IMG/VR virus record: IMGVR_UViG_3300028591_000086
Coordinates: 1 to 64,000 of that record
Source of the DNA: a virus
Lineage: Duplodnaviria > Caudoviricetes
Length of the DNA stretch: 64,000 nucleotides
Strand: one strand, 5' to 3'
Both the position numbers and the translations under genes were made by a program. The stretch's first letter is position 1; the number at the start of each line of letters is the position of its first letter. The notes under the pieces were generated by a model that did not search any database, was not told the origin of the DNA, and saw only the letters and a program-made list of their open reading frames with translations. Shown here one piece after another: positions 9,561-18,615 of the stretch.

Positions 9561-10447
9561 TGAGGTATAAAATGTATCTTAAAATATTAGAAGAAATTAA
9601 AAAATCTGAAAAATATAGTCCTAAAACACACCCTATTATTACTTTAAATAATAGCGAGATTTTTGAAGAATATTATAATTATTTTATAGTAAACAATTTA
9701 TTGTTTATTGTGAATGCTACATTTACTGATATTGGCGGAAACCCTTACGTTAGAATATCTTTAGTAAATCCTAAAAGCATAAGTTCCATACAATGCCCAA
9801 AAGAATTAGAATTTGACATATCCACAATCGGTGAAATTACAGAATCCAACTCTACAATATTTGAAACTGCCGCTAAAGACATTCTTCAAAAATTAGGCAC
9901 TAATCCTAATAACTTCGGCATTTCTTATAATAAAACGAGAGTAACTATCGGTAAAGAATCTCTCATAATGCCCGGTGATAAAATTAAATTTAACGGCAAC
10001 CTGTTTTCAGCAGATGTAAATGGAATAGGACTTGAAAATCTCGTATCTGATCCTGGAAAATCATTAGTTAATGAGTATAGAATATATTCAGATGTTAAAA
10101 ATATAGATTGTATAAGCGTGCCTTTAATAGAAGCAGATTTAACTCCGTTGCTTGACTACTTCGACGACGACATTAAAACTATGATTAAAAATTATAGGAA
10201 TAATAAATACGGAACGATGGAAGTACCAGCATATAAACATCAGGAATATTCTAAAGGAAATCGTGTTTGGGTAGATGTTAAAGTTGTAAGTAAGAGCGGA
10301 AAAGCTGAAAATGAAGTACCTGAAAAACGAAGATATTTCGTTTCTAAAATAGATAACAATAATCATATTCCATTAAGCAAAGAAGCTAGAGAAAATGATG
10401 CGTGGTTGGAATATGATCCTGAAACGAACGAAGCTATAGGAGAATAA
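9560..10447 (+). CDS. Hypothetical protein, possible C-terminal small carbohydrate-binding-like domain
   Basis: 295 aa; YSKGNRVW...YFVSKIDNNNHIP...W motif. Confidence 0.6.
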   Translation: MRYKMYLKILEEIKKSEKYSPKTHPIITLNNSEIFEEYYNYFIVNNLLFIVNATFTDIGGNPYVRISLVNPKSISSIQCPKELEFDISTIGEITESNSTIFETAAKDILQKLGTNPNNFGISYNKTRVTIGKESLIMPGDKIKFNGNLFSADVNGIGLENLVSDPGKSLVNEYRIYSDVKNIDCISVPLIEADLTPLLDYFDDDIKTMIKNYRNNKYGTMEVPAYKHQEYSKGNRVWVDVKVVSKSGKAENEVPEKRRYFVSKIDNNNHIPLSKEARENDAWLEYDPETNEAIGE

Positions 10448-10448
10448 A

Positions 10449-10715
10449 ATGAACGGTTATATCACTTTCAGTAAAAGCGATATACATCATGTAACAAATA
10501 GCACAGTTATGAAAAACAAAAATAACGCTATTTCTATACGAGAAACTGTCGCTACATACGCTTATCCAATGAGAACAGCTACTTCTCCTAGAGCAAGCAT
10601 GGTACATGATACTATCGCTAATAAAAACGATATTAAATCTATACGTATTAAAACTGAATATGCTAAAGACATATCAGAGATAAGTAATTTATCAGATTTA
10701 TTATCGTCTAATTAA
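10449..10715 (+). CDS. Hypothetical protein
   Basis: 88 aa, AGGAG SD. Confidence 0.6.
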   Translation: MNGYITFSKSDIHHVTNSTVMKNKNNAISIRETVATYAYPMRTATSPRASMVHDTIANKNDIKSIRIKTEYAKDISEISNLSDLLSSN

Positions 10716-10719
10716 TTTT

Positions 10720-10790
10720 GGTTATATGGCATGATGTCTTCGGATACATGTCTTGTGTGGGCTGATGCGTCGGTACCACATATATAAACG
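10720..10790 (+). ncRNA. Candidate structured RNA (two hairpins with a closing stem)
   Basis: GGCATG-A-TGTC-TTCG-GATA-CATGTC and TGTGG-GCTGA-TGCG-TCGGT-A-CCACA; GC-rich island in an AT-rich intergenic region. Confidence 0.4.
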
Positions 10791-10795
10791 CGTTT

Positions 10796-10827
10796 CAACA
10801 GGTAGCAAAAGCTACCTGTTGTTTTTT
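10796..10827 (+). terminator. Intrinsic terminator
   Basis: CAACAGGTAGC-aaaa-GCTACCTGTTG-TTTTTT. Confidence 0.85.
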
Positions 10828-10873
10828 ATATATTAAAATACTTATATATGATTTATGCATGGAGGCAATATTT

Positions 10874-11347
10874 ATGAAAGCAATTATTTGCGGAGGAAGA
10901 AGTTTTAATCCTACCGATTTCAAAGAAAAATATCCTAATTTTGAACAAGAAATATTAGATATTTTTAAAGAAAATAATATAGATGAAGAAGTTTGTGGAT
11001 TAGCTGCTGGAGCCGATAAATATGGGAAATATTTAGCTGAAAATAACGGAATTCATGTGAAAGATTTTCCAGCAGATTGGAAGGGAACAAAATTTCCAGA
11101 CGATCCTTGCAAAATGTTAGATGGTCCTTTCGGTAAACCATACAATGTATTGGCTGGTAACAATAGAAATAAACGTATGGGAGATTATGTTAAAAATAAC
11201 GGTGGCGGAATCACAATAGCTTTACCTGGTGGTAACGGAACACTTCATATGATTAAATATTCGTTATCTCTAGGATTGAAAGTTTATAAATTCGACGAAA
11301 ATATAGGACAGTTTAAACACATATCACATATAGAAGAAGGAGACTAA
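10874..11347 (+). CDS. SLOG-superfamily (YspA/DUF2493-like) protein
   Basis: IICGGRSF, GLAAGAD, FPADW, AGxxRNxxM, ALPGGNGTxHMI; GGAGG SD before MKAII. Confidence 0.85.
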   Translation: MKAIICGGRSFNPTDFKEKYPNFEQEILDIFKENNIDEEVCGLAAGADKYGKYLAENNGIHVKDFPADWKGTKFPDDPCKMLDGPFGKPYNVLAGNNRNKRMGDYVKNNGGGITIALPGGNGTLHMIKYSLSLGLKVYKFDENIGQFKHISHIEEGD

Positions 11348-11350
11348 AAT

Positions 11351-11554
11351 ATGATGAATTCGTCTGTAAAAAGATTATTACCTGCATTAGCATTGTATGG
11401 TACAATGGCGGGAAATGTAAGCAAAAGCGCGCATGTAAAACCTGTTGAAAAACTCCAAATGAAAGGTTTAAGTAGTGAAGAAATGGGAACTAAAGGTAAC
11501 GGTAAAAAATTATCTAGAGCTCAAAGAAAAAATAAAAACAAACGAAGAAAATAA
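11351..11554 (+). CDS. Small basic hypothetical protein
   Basis: 67 aa, K/R-rich C-terminus, GGAG SD. Confidence 0.6.
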   Translation: MMNSSVKRLLPALALYGTMAGNVSKSAHVKPVEKLQMKGLSSEEMGTKGNGKKLSRAQRKNKNKRRK

Positions 11555-11589
11555 AAACCATTATTATTAAAGATTAGGAGCATTTAAAA

Positions 11590-11757
11590 ATGAACGATAT
11601 TAGTACTTACATGTCACCAAATATAGATGCTATAAATGAAACATTATATGAAATGAATATGGAAAAGAAAAAGAAAAAAGATATAGATAAAACTATAGAA
11701 AAACCCCCACGCATTTTATCTGATGAAGAAATACGTGATTTAGGAAATAATTATTAA
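11590..11757 (+). CDS. Small hypothetical protein (55 aa)
   Basis: Read by hand: MNDISTYMSPNID...; AGGAG SD. Confidence 0.6.
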   Translation: MNDISTYMSPNIDAINETLYEMNMEKKKKKDIDKTIEKPPRILSDEEIRDLGNNY

Positions 11758-11768
11758 AAGGAAAAGAA

Positions 11769-12284
11769 ATGACCAATAATTTTATATTATTCTTAAATGA
11801 TACGAGACACGTACGTCAAAACACATTTTATCAGTTTTGTCTACATACACACATTGATACTAAAACTGCGTTAGATAAAATCAGAAATAAGCATAATAGA
11901 AAATCACAAATTGTAATTACCACAGATATATCATCAATAGGTTATGATTTAATAGATAAAGAAACCTATAATTGTAATATTTTTATGGTAGGATTTTTCA
12001 ATAAAAAAACGGGTGAATTAATTTCCAGAGACATAGATAAATATGTTCGTGAATACGTTCATCCTAGAGATGTACTATTACGTGTACTATGTTTGGCTAA
12101 AAATAACGAGATAGTTCAAGTTACAGATAAAGAATTAAGATATGGTCACAGTTTATCGAGATTGATTCTCGGACACCATTTTGATTACGAATTAATCAAA
12201 TCTGATTATAAAATACCTTATCACATACGTAATCGAAACAAATTGCTAAAAACGATATATTCTCTATATGGTAAAAACAAATAA
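11769..12284 (+). CDS. Hypothetical protein
   Basis: 171 aa ORF. Confidence 0.7.
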   Translation: MTNNFILFLNDTRHVRQNTFYQFCLHTHIDTKTALDKIRNKHNRKSQIVITTDISSIGYDLIDKETYNCNIFMVGFFNKKTGELISRDIDKYVREYVHPRDVLLRVLCLAKNNEIVQVTDKELRYGHSLSRLILGHHFDYELIKSDYKIPYHIRNRNKLLKTIYSLYGKNK

Positions 12285-12314
12285 AAAAGAACGCGGTACA
12301 ACCGCGTTCTTTTT
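12283..12314. terminator. Bidirectional terminator
   Basis: AAAAAGAACGCGGT-aca-ACCGCGTTCTTTTT. Confidence 0.85.
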
Positions 12315-12317
12315 AGA

Positions 12318-12593
12318 TTACTTCTTTTCTTTCTTTTTAGAAATTAAGTAATTCATAGCTGCCATAGATGCAGCTATAGAGGTAGCATCTACTCTCTGAG
12401 TTACTGTCTCTTTTTCCTCCTCTTTTTCCTCTTCAGGTTCTTTCTTAGGATTTCTATATCCATCTAAAAGTTCTTGAAAAGTAGGCTTATTAACTCTTAT
12501 AGTAGTTTTAGCTACTTCATTAACTTTCTCAACCGGTTTTACAACTTGTTGTTGAGAAAGATTGTAATCAAAAATACCATTAATTCCACCCAT
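12318..12593 (-). CDS. Hypothetical protein (probable early gene)
   Basis: 91 aa; TTTATATTATATT motif and GGGGG SD upstream. Confidence 0.7.
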   Translation of the reverse strand: MGGINGIFDYNLSQQQVVKPVEKVNEVAKTTIRVNKPTFQELLDGYRNPKKEPEEEKEEEKETVTQRVDATSIAASMAAMNYLISKKKEKK

Positions 12594-12644
12594 AGTATTT
12601 CCCCCTTCACTAATATAATATAAACATCAAATGGTATTATGAAT

Positions 12645-12679
12645 AAAAAGAAAACCGATATAAAATATCGGTTTTCTTT
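12645..12679. terminator. Intrinsic terminator
   Basis: AAAGAAAACCGATAT-aaa-ATATCGGTTTTCTTT. Confidence 0.75.
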
Positions 12680-12696
12680 AAAAATCAAACGTAGAT

Positions 12697-12984
12697 TTAA
12701 TTAGGTAATATGCCTAAAGACTGAGCATTGATTATCTGAAAGCGTTTAGTATCTTCTTCTTGGAAGATCTTTGCTCTGTTAGTAGATTCTTCCTGAAAGA
12801 TCTTTGCTCTGTTAGTAGATTCTTCCTGAAAGATCTTTGTTCGATTTGTTATTTCCTTTTGCATGTTTACAAATCCTTCAGTAATAACTTTTCCCATCTC
12901 AGGATCAACTTTAATAGCTTCAAGTTCGTTGTCAGAAAAATCATATCCGATAATTTTTCCATCATCATCATATACGTATTTCAT
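12697..12984 (-). CDS. Hypothetical protein with 11-aa tandem repeats
   Basis: KIFQEESTNRA repeated about 3 times (33-bp period, 12764-12839). Confidence 0.65.
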   Translation of the reverse strand: MKYVYDDDGKIIGYDFSDNELEAIKVDPEMGKVITEGFVNMQKEITNRTKIFQEESTNRAKIFQEESTNRAKIFQEEDTKRFQIINAQSLGILPN

Positions 12985-13132
12985 ATTTATAATACCTTTT
13001 AATATAGCTATAATAATTAAAGAGTTTACTCTACTATATCAATAATACAATATACATTTATCTGATACGATCAAATCAAATAATTAATATATTTTAAATG
13101 TTGGACATTATTATGATAAAAAGGAGTTAAAA

Positions 13133-13858
13133 ATGCTTAATGAAACTTTTTTATTAGAAAATTTAAGAATTGCGTTAGGTTCAAAACTATTTGAATGTAT
13201 CGAACCTAAATGGTACATTAATATATTAAACATTAAAACTAAATACTTGTGGTCACAATACTATCCTAAGTTAGTTAAAGGAATTAAAATAACGCAAGCT
13301 TGTGCAATTCCTACATTTGACCCAGCTAACAACATCCAAGAATTCCACAGATATATTATACCAAAATACAATATGGAAGATGAGTATATCGGTATTGAAA
13401 AATTCTATTTTAATGGTCAGGGATATGACCAAGTTTATTCAGGTTTTAATTCACCAATGGCAGATGCTGCTATGGCGAAAATTCGAAGTTTACAAAATGT
13501 GCCACAAGTACGCTGGCGCTGTGAATTCGAAGCTCCTAATTTCTGTGAAGTATATCCATATAGACGAAACCATCTAGATTTCGTATTGACTATGCAGAGA
13601 TTGATTAGATTACCTGAAATACAAATGGGTTATCATGAACACTTTATAAACTTATTCATAGCTGATGTAAAAAAATCTATATATGCGGAATTCCCGGCTG
13701 CTAGAGAAAGTGGTGTATTAAACGGTGTAGAAATAAACGCCGATATCAGTAATTTCGAGTCTGAGGGTGATTCTAAAAGAAACGAAATAATATCAGAGCT
13801 TAAAGAAGATTATTTCTTAGACCCATCAAGATTTGAATCATTCCTTAGTCAAAGCTAA
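13133..13858 (+). CDS. Putative neck/head-completion virion protein
   Basis: 241 aa; C-terminal GVLNGVEIN...EGDSKRNEIISEL recalls T4 gp13-type neck proteins; GACA-N6-TG upstream (13104-13115). Confidence 0.4.
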   Translation: MLNETFLLENLRIALGSKLFECIEPKWYINILNIKTKYLWSQYYPKLVKGIKITQACAIPTFDPANNIQEFHRYIIPKYNMEDEYIGIEKFYFNGQGYDQVYSGFNSPMADAAMAKIRSLQNVPQVRWRCEFEAPNFCEVYPYRRNHLDFVLTMQRLIRLPEIQMGYHEHFINLFIADVKKSIYAEFPAARESGVLNGVEINADISNFESEGDSKRNEIISELKEDYFLDPSRFESFLSQS

Positions 13859-13870
13859 TTGAGGTGAATT

Positions 13871-14296
13871 ATGAAACAAACAATAGTACATCTTAATAAT
13901 CTTAAAAAGGCTATGGAATTATCTAAAACTAATACAGTAGTATTTGAAAACTGTACAAATTTTGAAAAATATTCTTCAGATAAGTACAATTCTATATTAA
14001 ATCTGTGTGTCCAAAATAATTTCATACTGAATGAATTAGTACCACATTTGAAAGCTGTATCTAAGATAAAAACATTCAATGATGAAGAAAAAGCAATGTA
14101 CTATTATAAACCGCTTAAATTAGCATATGATTATTATGGTTCTACTGATTATTGGTGGATAGTCTTAGCTGTAAATGGTTTTTTCTTAGCACAAGATTTC
14201 ACTGGTTGGGATTCTCTTATTATGCCTGAAAGATCTGATATAGAATCTATATTAGATAAACAAATATATTCAGGTACAGAACTAGGTAATATATAA
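13871..14296 (+). CDS. Baseplate wedge protein (T4 gp53/LysM-like)
   Basis: YKPLKLAYDYYGSTDYWWIVLAVNG motif. Confidence 0.75.
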   Translation: MKQTIVHLNNLKKAMELSKTNTVVFENCTNFEKYSSDKYNSILNLCVQNNFILNELVPHLKAVSKIKTFNDEEKAMYYYKPLKLAYDYYGSTDYWWIVLAVNGFFLAQDFTGWDSLIMPERSDIESILDKQIYSGTELGNI

Positions 14297-14330
14297 TAAT
14301 TAACAGGAGGTAATCCCTCCTGTTAATTAT
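14296..14330. terminator. Bidirectional terminator
   Basis: ATAATTAACAGGAGG-taatc-CCTCCTGTTAATTAT. Confidence 0.8.
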
Positions 14331-14331
14331 C

Positions 14332-15354
14332 TTAATATGTCTTACCGTTTCTTTCAAAACTACATTTTCCTAAGAATCTAGGAGGAATCACTTTATAGTA
14401 TATAGTTGCAGCTACACTATAAGTTGCTGTAGTTTGATTGAAATCTTTAGATGATTCCCAGCTAGTAAGATTAAATCCTACTTTCCAGTTAGGAGCATTG
14501 TCTTTAATTCTCATAGTTTCCATTTGGATACAGAAAGCTATATATGGATCTTGACAATATTTAATGTTTTTACATCCCTTATTCAGAGCACATAAAGCAT
14601 TACAAGCATACATAGATGTAAGAGTTTTACCTGCTACATAGCTAGTATAATCTTTGGCTTTAGCATAAAGATCATCTTCGACAGAATTAACTTTCTTAGC
14701 TATATCCATGAGATTTTCAGGATTGTTGGTACTATCTACCATATCCCAATAAGCTTTTACATCTTGAAAATGATTTTTGATGTCTTCTTCTTTAATATTT
14801 TCTACCTGGAACATCTTTTTAAGATCAAGTTCAAAAGGCATGTATCTTGTTAAACCGATATACAACGGATATCTGTTTGAATCATTTCCTAAGAAAGTGA
14901 ATTTATAATATTCAGGAACAGTTCTGTTAGGTTTAATAAAACCTGCTTTCTGATAAATGTCTGCTATTTGATAAAATTCTTCTGTTGCAAGATTAAGAAT
15001 TTCTTTATTGTTCTGCATTTTGGAACAAATATCATAATATGCTGCGTCTGCTCCAGAATCACTCATCTTATCTGCTTTAGAAGCAGCTATTGCGAACGCA
15101 TTGAGATTACCTTGAAGCATCAGCTTTGAAGGTGTAAGCATTTTATGAATTGTTGAAATTCTCGCATCAGAAACGTTAACGTCACCTATTATCATAGGAC
15201 CGAATTTAGCAGTAACGCTAGATTCGTTTAGCATAATAACAGATTCATTACTTTTTGCGGGTTGTTCAATTTGTTGTACCTGTACAGGTTGTGACCCTTC
15301 TGTACAGATATTCACTGACATATTTTCTTTGCTTATTTTAATATTCATATCCAA
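14332..15354 (-). CDS. Hypothetical protein, probable internal head protein
   Basis: 340 aa; N-terminal IKISKE...ICTE...SNES leader. Confidence 0.6.
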   Translation of the reverse strand: MDMNIKISKENMSVNICTEGSQPVQVQQIEQPAKSNESVIMLNESSVTAKFGPMIIGDVNVSDARISTIHKMLTPSKLMLQGNLNAFAIAASKADKMSDSGADAAYYDICSKMQNNKEILNLATEEFYQIADIYQKAGFIKPNRTVPEYYKFTFLGNDSNRYPLYIGLTRYMPFELDLKKMFQVENIKEEDIKNHFQDVKAYWDMVDSTNNPENLMDIAKKVNSVEDDLYAKAKDYTSYVAGKTLTSMYACNALCALNKGCKNIKYCQDPYIAFCIQMETMRIKDNAPNWKVGFNLTSWESSKDFNQTTATYSVAATIYYKVIPPRFLGKCSFERNGKTY

Positions 15355-15366
15355 TTCCTTTTATAA

Positions 15367-16272
15367 TTAATCGTTCATAAGATCTTCTAGATATCTTTCC
15401 AACTGTCCATTGAGAATAATCAATGTGTAATCTACACTATCTTTGATATATTCTATAACAAGTTCGAACAGATCCAATATCTCAAGTATTTTACTATGCC
15501 ATGGGACATTGGTAGTATATATTATTGAAGAAATTATGCCCTGGATAACATTCAAATCTTTATTGACTATTTTACAAAAATACTTTACAAAATCATTAGG
15601 AATACCATCGATGATCTTACCGTTAAAAGTTAAACGCAATTGGCTAGACATGTGAGTAGTTTGTTTTGTAAAATGCACTAAATATTCTATGATATCACAC
15701 ATACTTACAGGGATGTAATCTTCGTTATAGTCTTCCATAGACCTAAATTCCTCAACTACATTATCTACCCACGCTTTCACACTATCAAAAAGATATTTAA
15801 AAATACAATCTGATAAAAAATGTGAAGCTATTAACTTTTTAAAATTTTGGAGTTCTTTTATTTCACCTTTAACTCCATGTTCGATTAACATTTCATAATT
15901 TTCAAATGTAAAATTATAGTCTATCCCAACATATTTATACTTTATAGATGTGAAAAATCTGTGATTCATCATATTCGACACTATCGTGTCTTTATTTATA
16001 GATAAACTCTTCGAATCGTCATTCTTTTTAGAATTATTAGTCTTATCTTTACGTTTACCAATACTGAATATTAATTGTTTTCCAGATTTTTTCAATTTTA
16101 CCAATATAATTATCGATAAGATTATAGCTATTAATAAAACTGAATTAATTATCGCCAATACTAACAATTTTGTATTTGTATTTGGTTGTTGTAAAATAGT
16201 AGAAGAGGTCGTTGTTACAGTGTCCAACATAGTTGAACTTATTTCATTAACTTCATTCATATTACTTTCCAA
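15367..16272 (-). CDS. Single-pass membrane protein
   Basis: Hydrophobic helix LLVLAIINSVLLIAIILSIIILV. Confidence 0.7.
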   Translation of the reverse strand: MESNMNEVNEISSTMLDTVTTTSSTILQQPNTNTKLLVLAIINSVLLIAIILSIIILVKLKKSGKQLIFSIGKRKDKTNNSKKNDDSKSLSINKDTIVSNMMNHRFFTSIKYKYVGIDYNFTFENYEMLIEHGVKGEIKELQNFKKLIASHFLSDCIFKYLFDSVKAWVDNVVEEFRSMEDYNEDYIPVSMCDIIEYLVHFTKQTTHMSSQLRLTFNGKIIDGIPNDFVKYFCKIVNKDLNVIQGIISSIIYTTNVPWHSKILEILDLFELVIEYIKDSVDYTLIILNGQLERYLEDLMND

Positions 16273-16287
16273 CTACAATATAATTCA

Positions 16288-17325
16288 TTAAGATGTTTTT
16301 AAGAATAAATTAATCATTTCTTCATTTGAATATTCTATAAACGTAGTAGAATCTCTTTTTTTCTCATTTTCAACAAAATGTATATTATCATCATATGTTT
16401 TGATATTATAATTTTCAGCATCAATTGATTTATAAAAACGTATTCTGTCAAAAAATAAAATATTATCAATATTTAATTCTTTAATTATCTTAATGAATGT
16501 GTTGTTTAAAAAAAGTTTAAGTTCTTCATTACTTATAGAAGGAAGAATAAAACATATTTTGTTAAATCCGTAATACGATTCGGTTACAACATCAGTAGCA
16601 AAACTATTAACTTTACCGTTGTTCTTAGTGGGTTTTTTATCTTTAAAAAAACTATCGGTTTTAAAAATATCTAAATATTTGTCATATATCGAAATTGTAA
16701 ACTCGTTCGTGTTAATGATTTTATCGTATTTTCTAAAATCAAAAAATAAATCATGAGAATAGCTCTCACAATTATCTAAATATTTTATCAAAAAAGGATG
16801 TTCATAATAATGAACCAGTTTATTATCTATCAATAAACTTCCTCTATATGAATCAAATTTACTGTAGAAACAAACGTCACAACGATATCCTTTATATTTT
16901 TCAAGTAATTCTTCAGAAATATAGTTATCGTAAAAAATATAATTAGGCAATAATACGCCTCTAATAACTATATTATAATCTTTTTCATTAGAAAGATTAT
17001 CGCATATGTTCTTTAAAGCGAATACTTGTTTTGATGGATCTTCTTTAGATCTGAATATTATAAATGTAATTTGTCTATCATTATCTATATGATAGTAACC
17101 AAACAATTCTCCTGAATTAGTATATACGATTTCTATACTTGTGCTATTGATTTCATTATCTCCAAATTGATTTCTATAAAACTCTATAACGGGATCAGGT
17201 ATTTTATATAAATCAGGATTTTCAATTGTCGGTAGATACAATGCAGAATAATTTAATATCCTATTCAAAGTAGTTTTTAGTGTTTTTTCAGTCTTGTTTA
17301 TTTTAGGTTTATTTTTTTTAGACAT
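16288..17325 (-). CDS. Hypothetical protein
   Basis: 345 aa, GGAG SD. Confidence 0.7.
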   Translation of the reverse strand: MSKKNKPKINKTEKTLKTTLNRILNYSALYLPTIENPDLYKIPDPVIEFYRNQFGDNEINSTSIEIVYTNSGELFGYYHIDNDRQITFIIFRSKEDPSKQVFALKNICDNLSNEKDYNIVIRGVLLPNYIFYDNYISEELLEKYKGYRCDVCFYSKFDSYRGSLLIDNKLVHYYEHPFLIKYLDNCESYSHDLFFDFRKYDKIINTNEFTISIYDKYLDIFKTDSFFKDKKPTKNNGKVNSFATDVVTESYYGFNKICFILPSISNEELKLFLNNTFIKIIKELNIDNILFFDRIRFYKSIDAENYNIKTYDDNIHFVENEKKRDSTTFIEYSNEEMINLFLKTS

Positions 17326-17340
17326 ATATGTATCTCTCCA

Positions 17341-17376
17341 AAAAAGAGAAAGGATACAAAAACCCTTTCTCTTTTT
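17341..17376 (-). terminator. Intrinsic terminator
   Basis: AAAAAGAGAAAGG...CCTTTCTCTTTTT. Confidence 0.7.
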
Positions 17377-17379
17377 AGA

Positions 17380-17943
17380 TTATTTTTTGTCAGCAAGTTC
17401 TTTAGGTATAGGAACATTATCTGATATTGCTGTTGCTATTACTCCGTTCTCATCAAATACAGTTAACTTATAACCGAATTTAATTCTATCATGCAAATCA
17501 GTGAATCTAGGCCAACTCAAAGTATTTTGAGTTTCAATATGACGAAGACAGTTGTTCATATCAGAGTCATTATCATATGCCTGTTTGAAATCTCCTCTTG
17601 TAATATCCTTAGTTTTAATAACTGTTTTAACTAACGTCAACAAATCATTATCTTGATCAGATATATCTGTGTTTATTTTTCTTCCATCATCTTGACGTTT
17701 TCGTTTTATCTTTTTGCGTTCTAGATTCATAGCTGGAGAAACTCCTGTATGTACTCGAATCTGATTTCCTATTGTATAACAACAATGAATATTTGGAACT
17801 TCTCTGATATCATTAAAGTCTCCAGCATACACCCAATATCTTCCTAAGAATAAATATTGTTTACCAACTATGAGTCTTTCACCAGTAGGAGTAGTTTTTA
17901 ACCAAATAGTACCATCATCGTTGAGGTTTGTATTAGGTATCAT
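17380..17943 (-). CDS. Hypothetical protein, possible C-terminal HTH
   Basis: 187 aa; helical C-terminal pattern; ATGA overlap with the upstream gene. Confidence 0.6.
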   Translation of the reverse strand: MIPNTNLNDDGTIWLKTTPTGERLIVGKQYLFLGRYWVYAGDFNDIREVPNIHCCYTIGNQIRVHTGVSPAMNLERKKIKRKRQDDGRKINTDISDQDNDLLTLVKTVIKTKDITRGDFKQAYDNDSDMNNCLRHIETQNTLSWPRFTDLHDRIKFGYKLTVFDENGVIATAISDNVPIPKELADKK

Positions 17944-18596
17944 CTTCTTTTATTTAAAACCTCCATTAAATTTTTATACTCACAATATTGCATACCGTGA
18001 ATGGCTAATAATAGATTGTTAGAATATAAGTTGTTCAAAGACGTAATTACATAATTCTTAAACATCATAAATTCTGTTGCTGTAAAATCACAGATTTCTC
18101 CTTTAACATGATTGCTTAAAGATATTCCTTGATATTTTATACTCGTAACATCATCTATAATACATGGCTTAATAATGAGACCACCATTTTCAGATATCAA
18201 CGGACATTGTGCTTTGATAGAAAGATCTCTTATCGAGATAGGATGACCCATTCCATCATTTGCAAACACACCACTATTTCCTATAATCCATCCTGTTGCA
18301 ACGTTCAGTGCGTCAGTTAATAGTGGCAAATCCATAGGTGTCATTTTCACACGTACAACTGATGAATTTACTATTCCATTATCTCCTATGATAGTTTTCT
18401 TATTTTCCAAAGATATATATCCTCTGTTATTAAACATAAGGTTTCCATTATTACTATTTTTAGTAGAATAATAGAAACCGTATTGATTAAAATCTTTAGA
18501 GGAATTCTTCAATTCGACAATGTGCTTTAAACTGATAGAAGTATTGATTCTGCATATAACATTTGATAACTTATCAAGATTTTCAAAATCTAACAT
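17940..18596 (-). CDS. Hypothetical protein
   Basis: 218 aa, AGGAG SD, within the RNAP-helicase operon. Confidence 0.7.
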   Translation of the reverse strand: MLDFENLDKLSNVICRINTSISLKHIVELKNSSKDFNQYGFYYSTKNSNNGNLMFNNRGYISLENKKTIIGDNGIVNSSVVRVKMTPMDLPLLTDALNVATGWIIGNSGVFANDGMGHPISIRDLSIKAQCPLISENGGLIIKPCIIDDVTSIKYQGISLSNHVKGEICDFTATEFMMFKNYVITSLNNLYSNNLLLAIHGMQYCEYKNLMEVLNKRR

Positions 18597-18615
18597 ATGT
18601 TGCTCCTTTTATTCA

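Noticed and set aside
10761-10775. Hammerhead ribozyme (CTGATG here; also CTGATAG...CGAAA near 39831)
   Set aside because: Core CUGAnGA and a correctly placed GAAA/stem arrangement are missing, and the second leader copy does not keep CTGA
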